Shown piece after piece: positions 1 to 7,058 of a stretch of 7,058 nt of DNA (position 1 is its first letter; each line of letters begins with the position of its first letter). The stretch is from the NCBI GenBank assembly GCA_010909165.1, contig VJWM01000437.1:1-7058 (forward strand), written 5' to 3'. Both the position numbers and the translations under genes were made by a program. The notes beneath the pieces were generated by a model. It ran no database searches. It saw only the letters and a list, made by a program, of their open reading frames with translations, and was not told where the DNA came from. This DNA is from Anthoceros angustus (lineage: Eukaryota > Plantae > Anthocerotophyta).

Positions 1-1456
1 CTTGGATGCGCCACAGCCAACCCTAGATTATTCATCATTCCTAAATTCCTAAATCTATCTACCTACCTACCTATTCCCTAATTAATTACCTTCTAATTAT
101 ATATATTCCCTATTGGTGAGCATATATAGTGGATATCCCCTCTATTCTAAATTTCCTTTTTAGCGAGATTGTCATCTACCGTGGTACGCGACTTACCACA
201 TGCCTTCTTTCAGCCTACCGGCGTAGTGTGGCGACCTACGGTGGTAGTCTGACCTACCAACCTTTGCCCTCCGCCTCGGGGGTCGTTTACCCGTTCTTCT
301 TCGGATATCCTCTTCGCCTTCCTAACAATATCCTACAACTCCGCTTCAAGATTCTCGATTTCTTGGCATGCTCCTCTTCAATCGTTCCTAGCCAAAAAAA
401 TCAAACTTGTTCGTCTTGGGCTCTTTTGGGCTGGTTGCCCAAACTTTTGCGTTCCACTGCGGCCTGGCTGCAGCGGGTAACTCCTCCTTACAGGTCTTCC
501 AAGGTATAAGATCTTCATTGATATATAGGGTTATCCATAACATAGACCTAGCCTTCATAACGGAAGGCGATCATCCATAGATAAGCGGGATCATAATCCC
601 TTATCCACATCTGATTGTCGGCTGCTGATATACGTATGGCGGTTCCACGGCCCTAATTATAATGGATCAGCATGGTTTGTCTACATTCTTGTCCTCCTAG
701 ATGCCATCCATGGCGTCACCGAAATGTCGGTGGCGTTTGAGCGAGGCTTGCATCGTGACCCTAGGATGGATTCTTTGTGACATTTGGCGATCTTTTGGCT
801 GCCGATCTGTCTATGCTACAAACATCTTATCTCCATGTCTCTCTCGAGATCTTGAGGACGATAAGACTCTATGTTTAATTCTCTGAAAATCTTAATGTTT
901 TCTAGCTAGAATGAAGATCTACGACTTTTTAGAGGAATTTACTCGACCTTTGTATAAATGGATATATGATCGTGTAGCTCACGGAGCAAAACAAAGTCGA
1001 GATAGAGTCAAATCAAGCAGGGACCAAGCAAGCCGGCACCTTGGTCTTGAGAATAAGCGATCTCAATTTGGATTCCATGACATTTTGAGTTGGTGTCTTG
1101 TGAGAATGGCGTCTTAGATTCGATTATCTCGTCAGTCTTTTAGCGAGATAGTTTATTAAACTAACTTATTAGTTAATCTCCCTTTCTAGATGACTTGTAA
1201 AGAAATCGGCGTTGGACATAGCCTTCTGACTAATGAAGCTGGAGTGAGATGACGTTATAACAAGCCACCGGCGACAAGCTCCGGCCGTAGCAATGCTTGA
1301 CTATTGTGGAATCATATCATACACTTAAAAATATAATATGTTAAAATATAGGTGAGACTTGTGAAGTTGTCAACTTGCAAGATACACAAAAGAAAATACA
1401 TTGTTCAGAAAAGAAAAATTTTATTCAGGGAAGTGGGCACCGTCTGCTCCACCACC

Positions 1457-1609
1457 CATCCCTTCCTGTCCTTCCTGTATTTATGAAAGACCTCGAGACC
1501 TAGTAACATCCCTTCCTGTCCTTCTTGTATTTATGAAAGCCCTCGAAACCTAGTAACATCCCTTCCTATCCTTCCTATATTTATGAAACCCCTCGAGACC
1601 TAGTAACAT
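1457..1609. repeat. 50-bp tandem repeat, 3 copies; a fourth copy continues at 2322-2362
   Basis: The unit catcccttcctgtccttcctgtatttatgaaagacctcgagacctagtaa starts at 1457, 1507 and 1557 with a few substitutions. It resumes at 2322, and a partial copy lies at 2504-2528. Confidence 0.95.
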
Positions 1610-2317
1610 ATGGAATAATCGGTCAGATCCACATTTTTAGGGTTGTGGGAGAAGAAATATTCACCGCACGGGCGGAACTATTTCGATACACGCATGACCA
1701 CATCGGTCGGGCGCGGTGTCCCGTCGTCAACCTACCCATGATGCGAAAAGATTTCACGATACATAGAAACTTTTCTTCTCGGTTTAGGGTTGCGTTTAGG
1801 TCATTTTGCGTTGCGCCATGCGGCACGCAATATTCCATTTCTGGTCACGCGGCATCCATATTTCTTTAAGGTTATCAGCCATTGCGTTAGCAACGGCGGC
1901 CTCACATGTTTCGGCTCTCTAAGACCAGGTCACCTCTCCAGCGATGCAGATGTGTTGGATGGTGCGGATGCCGTAGAACGGCGGTGGATGCGATTCAAAT
2001 GACTAACATCGGTCTCGTCCGGACATCCAAGAGCGCCAACGCGAGCCATGCAAACAAAATTTGTGTATGCGTGTCTTGCCCACTTTGCTTTAATATGTAT
2101 GTGGTGATTGGATGAAACCTAAAATCCTAAACAAGGAAACATGTGCATGACACATCGGAACACGCCTATGATCCCGCTGCACGAACCTACGAGCTGATGT
2201 GGCACATATTATCCGTATATTATAACTAAAAGATGCCGTGGTATATTTCCGTAGCGGTAGCGTACACCCAAAAAGAAAGTCACACACACGCTCCCGTGTG
2301 CAGATTGGTATTCCATA
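1609..2317. mobile_element. ~709-bp non-autonomous DNA transposon-like insertion with short TIRs and a target-site duplication
   Basis: TATGGAATA (1609-1617) and TATTCCATA (2309-2317) form a perfect 9-bp inverted repeat. GTAACA flanks both sides (1603-1608 and 2318-2323). The interrupted 50-bp array resumes in register after it. I recognise no transposase ORF inside. Confidence 0.75.
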
Positions 2318-2427
2318 GTAACATCCCTTCCTGACTTCCTTTATTTATGAAACCCCTCGAGATGCCCCGGTGGTGATTGGCACAGACTAGGATGGACTTA
2401 AAACTCGCGCTCCCGATCTCTTAAACC

Positions 2428-2571
2428 AGTAACATTAAACATTTCCTCATCCTACAGGATCATCATAGCCTGCCCAGGACTTACATTTTGTCTCCACCCC
2501 CATTGAAACCCTCGAGACCTAATAACATTGAACATTTGCTCATCCTGCTCGATCATCATCGGCCTCCCTGG
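2428..2571. repeat. Diverged ~51-bp direct repeat with 93-bp spacing (2428-2478 and 2521-2571)
   Basis: agtaacattaaacatttcctcatcctacaggatcatcatagcctgcccagg versus aataacattgaacatttgctcatcctgctcgatcatcatcggcctccctgg. Confidence 0.75.
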
Positions 2572-2721
2572 TATTCTGAAAATAAATCAGAAGAACCGGG
2601 GGGAGAAATCTTTTGGCAAGGGTTCTGATTCCCCTATGTTTTTATATCGTAATATCGTAGCAGAGGGAGACCGTACTCCCCTAAGCTCATGTGTATCCCA
2701 TATGGGCCTAGACACCATTGC

Positions 2722-2830
2722 AGGTTATGTGGGACTTAGGGAAGAACTCCCTCACCCACTAAAACTCTCAACCAATAGGTTATGTGGGACTTGGGAAGAA
2801 CTCCCTCACCCACCAAAACTCCCAACCAAT
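2722..2830. repeat. 55/54-bp tandem duplication, 2 copies
   Basis: aggttatgtgggactt(a)gggaagaactccctcaccca(t/c)aaaactc(t/c)caaccaat at 2722-2776 and 2777-2830, with one indel and two substitutions. Confidence 0.95.
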
Positions 2831-2970
2831 ACTAAAAAAATCAATACTATGAAGAACAAATTGTCGAAGAGCCAGCAGCAGATGTTTTGAACCGTTGCAA
2901 AAGAATCACGAGTCCGTGTTCACCTAGGCACAACAAAGGCATAGGCAGTGAAAATGTCCAAGACCACCAT

Positions 2971-3108
2971 CTAGGATCCTCGGAATCCTCCTCCCCGACC
3001 TCTTCGAATACCACCCCGTCGTGGTGGAGAGAACTTTCTGCAGGAGAAAAGAAGTGGAATCACACAAGAGAAACATGAATACCACCCTATCTTGGTGGAG
3101 AGAATTTT
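2971..3108 (-). CDS. Alternative terminal exons: KFSPPR* (3108-3087) or KFSPPRRGGIRRGRGGGFRGS* (3037-2971)
   Basis: Two identical strong acceptors (TTCTTTTCTCCTGCAG, ending at 3109 and 3038) are both in phase with the phase-2 donor at 3188. Confidence 0.6.
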   Translation of the reverse strand, partial: KILSTKIGWYSCFSCVIPLLFSCRKFSPPRRGGIRRGRGGGFRGS

Positions 3109-3147
3109 CTGCAGGAGAAAAGAAGTGGAATCACTCAAGAGGAACAT
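3006..3147. repeat. 71-bp tandem duplication, 2 copies (3006-3076 and 3077-3147)
   Basis: Alignment by eye gives 65/71 identical positions with no gaps. Confidence 0.95.
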
Positions 3148-3188
3148 CAAACGCATGACTGTTCAGAACGAAGATAAGTAATGCTTAC

Positions 3189-3611
3189 AAGTAATCAACC
3201 CTGTCTCTATCCACAGTTCCCCCTTTCCTCTTGAGAACGTTATGCACAACCAAGGAAGGGTCTCGGCTCGCCATTCTTTCATCCTCCGCCTCCTTTGGCT
3301 CTGCATTTTTCTCTCCAATCCCTCCCACAACCACTTCTGTTCTCCGTGCATGAGGCACCTGATTCAAAAGCACCGCAGGTCGCTTTTTTGAAGTCGATGA
3401 GAATGACTTCACCCTGCTTGGTCCAGCGAGGGCTTTGTTGGGTGCCACTTGCAGACTAGACACCCTTTCAAGGCTCCCACAATCTCCCTGCTCGTCTACC
3501 ACCTTCGCCCCTTCCTTCCTGCTCCCCACATCCTTCATCCTTTCTTCTGGAAAATTGAAAAGGACCACCTGTCGTTGTGGCATACCTTGCTCGTAGTTGT
3601 ACTCATGGGTA
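3189..3611 (-). CDS. Exon: end of the ELP extension (THEYNYEQGMPQRQVVLF) plus a charged low-complexity tail
   Basis: It lies within the 147-aa ORF 3628-3185. The acceptor at 3612 (a weak AAG) is inferred because it restores YC-S-T-HE, like EDM2 YCxxHEID..TPxRDHxxFP. The ORF's TAA lies inside a GTAAGC donor at 3188. Confidence 0.65.
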
Positions 3612-3702
3612 CTTTTCAGACATGCCAACAGCCTTGTGTCAGTGTGTAAGCTACAGGAGACACAACTTCCATGAATTCAGGAACACCATGGCCTACCGTT
3701 AC

Positions 3703-3785
3703 CTGCAATATCGACGTCGCCTTGCCCCACGACCCATCCCCTTTGTGGATTGATGAACAGTTCATCCTCCTCAAAACTTATTTCT
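3703..3785 (-). CDS. Short exon not shown in the ORF track: EDM2/ELP extension after the PHDs
   Basis: Intron 3864-3786 (79 nt, GT..CAG) gives CIPK-EISFEEDELFINPQRGW, matching EDM2 CLPREISFED..TRAW as recalled. The conserved YC appears only after a 1-nt correction near 3721-3728. The GTAACG donor is at 3702. Confidence 0.8.
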
Positions 3786-3864
3786 CTGTATCACCACTGA
3801 ATGGTCAAGAACCATACCTCTAAGTCTGCATCTATCATCCGCAGCGACAATCAACAAGCCTCAC

Positions 3865-4046
3865 TTGGGGATGCAAGATTGATGCCAAGCCTTTGGGCAA
3901 AGCCTACACTTGACAAGCTTGTCCCCACCCTGCTTGCACCCATCACAGAGGTGCAGAGGGCAAGCTCTGAAAGATTGTGCATCTGCGAAGCCCAAACAGC
4001 GGAGATGGTAAAACTTGCCACATGACTTTTCAGGGCAGCGGAACAC
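3865..4046 (-). CDS. Exon: EDM2-type atypical PHD cassette, part 2
   Basis: Intron 4123-4047 (77 nt, phase 0). The exon reads VFRCPEKSCGKFYHLRC..CPLHLCDGC..KCRLCPKAWHQSCIP. A phase-2 GTGAGG donor is at 3864. Confidence 0.92.
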
Positions 4047-4123
4047 CTGCCAATACTAGGTTGTCAGAGATGAACTAGACAACAAGGAAGCATTTGCAAG
4101 GGACAATGGAACCTCCGTGTTAC

Positions 4124-4337
4124 CTGTTCCTTTCCCTCAGCTTGTCCATTCCACATCCCCAGCTCCCGGCAACAAAAGCACTGATACTGCCCATACTCGC
4201 AATTCTTGCAAAAGAACTTCTCGTTCTTCCCTTCCAGTATTTTCATCTCCGCTTCACTGTATCCTAATGATGGACAGTCTGAATTCTTCCCACGACGCTT
4301 GGTTCCATGAAAAGATCGTAAGCAGGGCCCATCACAG
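4124..4337 (-). CDS. Exon: EDM2-type atypical PHD cassette, part 1
   Basis: Intron 4419-4338 (82 nt, GT..CAG) joins in frame to CDGPCLRSFHGTK..DCPSLGY..FFCKNCEYGQYQCFCCRELG. The CEGxCLRSFH..CxSLG..CxNC..QCFxCxxLG signature is characteristic of EDM2/ELP proteins. The donor CAG|GTAAC is at 4123. Confidence 0.92.
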
Positions 4338-4419
4338 CTGTCCCAAAGTACAAGATTAACTGTTAATATGGTCATCAACAGCATGATACAGAAGTAGTGG
4401 CAGCATATCCAGGACTTAC

Positions 4420-4757
4420 AGAGTTACTTTTCCGCCATCATCACACATACAGCAAATAGGATCAACATCCTCGCTGTCATCACTCATGCGACCTCCTGCT
4501 TCAGAACTTTGATGATCAGCATTTTTGACGTGAATGTCTGGGCTCTTGGTAATTATCTCACGAGGCTCTCCTTGTGCTGCCTTGCTGTTCAGTGAAGCAT
4601 CAGCTTCAGACTCAGGCTCCTCAGGATCATCAGGCATCACTAGTTGCCGGATCCTCTTTCTCTTGTCTGCCAAAATAACATCTCTCCTCTTGCCTTCGAG
4701 GGTGGGCTCCATAGAAGAAGAAGAAGAAGAAGAAGAAGAGATGATTCTGCAGATAGA
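4420..4757 (-). CDS. Exon: poly-Ser, basic and acidic linker plus the start of the first PHD finger (DPICCMCDDGGKVTL)
   Basis: A polypyrimidine tract is followed by two candidate CAG acceptors (exon start 4757 or 4746). The frame is open and contains KRKRIR (NLS-like) and acidic stretches. The phase-2 GTAAGT donor at 4419 matches the next acceptor. Confidence 0.8.
4714..4737. repeat. (GAA)8 microsatellite encoding poly-Ser on the minus strand
   Basis: Directly visible, and it lies within the linker exon. Confidence 0.95.
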
Positions 4758-5102
4758 CTGCAACAGGAAAAATGCAATCTGACTAAAAAGATACATGTGA
4801 TGACACTCCGAACAATGAAACTACATGGGAGAAAACTGCCTCTCTTAATACTAGAACTTCAGAGCAAACCTTGCTCTTGTGGACATGCTGTCACATGATA
4901 CTTGTGCAAACTTTGCAATGAACGCACAATGTCTGCCAACTTCAGCTTCGATGTCTTGGTTGTTGTAAGTACTATCACAAGGATTCAAACTTTAGCAACT
5001 TCAACATCACTCTTGGCGCACAAATGCTGAACAGCAACATAACGTATGCCCTACTCCATCTCGACACAAGGCGGTCAAGGCCTTGCTTTGCATGATACTT
5101 AC

Positions 5103-6106
5103 TGATATTCGGCGCACAACCGATCAAGATTGACTCTTCCGAGGGATGCTTCATGCCCTAAGCAAAGAAATCGTGCTACCAAAACAACAATGTCATATAC
5201 CTTGCGGTAACCTTCAGCCGGTGTCCCCAGACGTAGCCTGGGAAAACATCCATGAGAACAAGAGGTACCCCAGTGCTCAAAAAAATAATGTACATGCGCA
5301 GAGCAGAAAGTAACCCACAAGTTGTGATGTTGGACATGGATCCAGACTTCAGGCTCCCGCTTCCACTCGTCCTCGTCGAACCACATTCTGAAGTGAGACA
5401 CTTTAATCATCTTCAACTTCTGGGCTCTGAGGGTCCCATACAGATAGGAATCTGAATTGGACCCTTCCGACTCCTCACCCTCATACTGGAGATCCAAGAT
5501 AGAAACAGGCATCATCATTGAGTCGGCCAATTCGAAGTCCTCCAGAACGTCCGGGTCTTCATCCACAGGCTCAGGTATGCAGTTCGTTTCTGGGGTGCGC
5601 CGCTGCTGCCTGACCTGGTCCTGCTCAGGCTTGCAAGTGCGGGGAAGGGAGACCATGGGCATTTCCATCTTCATCTGCGTGCCCATGTTCATGGAGATGT
5701 TCAACGTGCACAGGTTCTCAGTACGTAAGGCGATGTAGCTTTTGCTTCCACATTCCCGAGTGTTAAAAAGCCGAGAGGAGGCATCATGAAGCCCTGAAGC
5801 TGTGAACCTGGCGCTTGCACGGTGTGCCTCCCCGGGTGACGGCGGTGGTTCCGCTTCCGTGTCCACTGCAACACCAAGGTCTAACCCGTCGTCTTCATTT
5901 CCTGTGCCTCCTGGATGCTCTCCGATGGAAACGGACGCCGTGTGCCGCTGGTCACGATGCTGCTGCTTACTGTGCTCCTTACGTATCTCCGCGTACAGAT
6001 CCTCCAGGCTCTCAAACCCAGCAAAGAAACCCCCAAACCTAATAATCAAATCCACCTCGTTTTCCGGGGAGCCATCTATCAGCAATTTCAGCTTGTGCCC
6101 CGTCCC
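5103..6106 (-). CDS. Long exon(s): uncharacterised or disordered N-terminal region followed by an EDM2/DNMT1-type replication-foci-targeting (RFD/RFTS) domain (~5550-5103)
   Basis: The frame is open from 6106 to a GTAAGT donor at 5102. VLEDFELADSMMMPVSILDL..YLYGTL..FRMWF..EPEVWIHV..LRLGTPAEGYRKVYDIVVLVARFL follows the RFD pattern at the EDM2 N-terminus (recalled: YYFEDDDKEPVSFARL..FYLRG..WRY..PEISV..IKLEEPRKSY). There is a probable in-frame intron at 5318-5238. Confidence 0.7.
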
Positions 6107-6320
6107 TCAACCAGGGGTGTAGGTCCTGGACATGGTAGCTGAATCCAGATTCCAGGCAGGAGCACCACGGAGGATCCTGACTTCGTCAGCAAGGTCCATT
6201 CAGCGGTAATAATAAATTGGGGGCATGTCAGCGGCAAGTCTGTACATACAGTACCTACATATACGTCCTCGTACATATCAACATATGTACACAGCCGCGC
6301 TCTCCTCCAGCAACATTCAC

Positions 6321-6951
<631 letters not shown>

Positions 6952-7058
6952 CTGCACTCACAGCGATCCAGGTTACCGTAGGCACAGAATCCAACCCCCG
7001 AGTCCAGCAGCAAGAAGCTTCCTCACCACCTCCAAATGCACGACGGAAGGAGACAAAG

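Noticed and set aside
129-1300. Decayed transposon ORF on the minus strand (e.g. EIENLEAEL*DIVRKAKRISEEERV near 360-285) and the + strand ORFs 129-509, 701-886 and 911-1117
   Set aside because: I recognise no domain, and the stop density in the frame I followed (5 in about 100 codons) is what random sequence gives. A BLASTx or RepeatMasker search would be needed.
1457-1609. CRISPR array
   Set aside because: The units are contiguous with no unique spacers, there are no cas genes, and the context is eukaryotic.
1611-2315. Solo LTR (TG...CA ends) or Tc1/mariner element with a TA TSD
   Set aside because: There is no 4-6-bp TSD at those boundaries, and a TA-only duplication does not regenerate the empty-site sequence seen in the adjacent repeat units.
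2364-2420. tRNA-Leu(TAA)-like start (GCCCCGGTGGTGATTGG..GACTTAAAA)
   Set aside because: There is no T-arm (GTTCRA) and no 3' acceptor-stem complement.
4870-5100. Exon(s) linking the RFD to the poly-Ser exon (possible ..DIEAEVGRHCAFIAKFAQ..RAR with a donor at 4869)
   Set aside because: The region is probably partly coding, but I could not build an in-frame path from the 5102 donor without assuming extra indels, so it is not annotated.
6165-6176. DPPW tetrapeptide (MT-A70 or N6-adenine methyltransferase-like motif) on the minus strand just after a CAG
   Set aside because: There is no preceding hydrophobic strand or other methyltransferase motif, and the frame closes within about 45 codons. 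It may be part of the linking exon, but the motif is probably chance.

Overview
This window is eukaryotic (plant-like) nuclear DNA, not prokaryotic, so the ORF track shows exon fragments rather than whole genes. The right ~4 kb (about 2971-6951, minus strand) is a run of exons separated by short GT-AG introns, mostly 77-108 nt. From 5' to 3' it encodes three things. First, the N-terminal part of a plant ALKBH2-type AlkB dioxygenase, with the HxD motif present but no visible distal His or RxxxxxR motif. Second, within about 215 nt, a long exon ending in an EDM2/DNMT1-type RFD (RFTS) domain. Third, a Ser/acidic linker, the EDM2-type atypical PHD cassette with its ELP extension, and a low-complexity tail. 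There is no sign of the C-terminal methyltransferase-like domain of canonical EDM2. The locus may be an AlkB(fragment)-RFD-PHD chimera, but the junction is not proven. At least four small deletions, mostly in short homopolymers, break the frame, so it is either a recent pseudogene or carries assembly errors. The last splice acceptor is tandemly duplicated, which predicts C-termini with or without an RGG tail. The left 2.9 kb appears non-coding. It holds a 50-bp tandem array split by a ~709-bp element with short TIRs and a target-site duplication, plus two other local duplications. Protein family assignments rest on my recall of the Arabidopsis ALKBH2 and EDM2 sequences, not on a database search.
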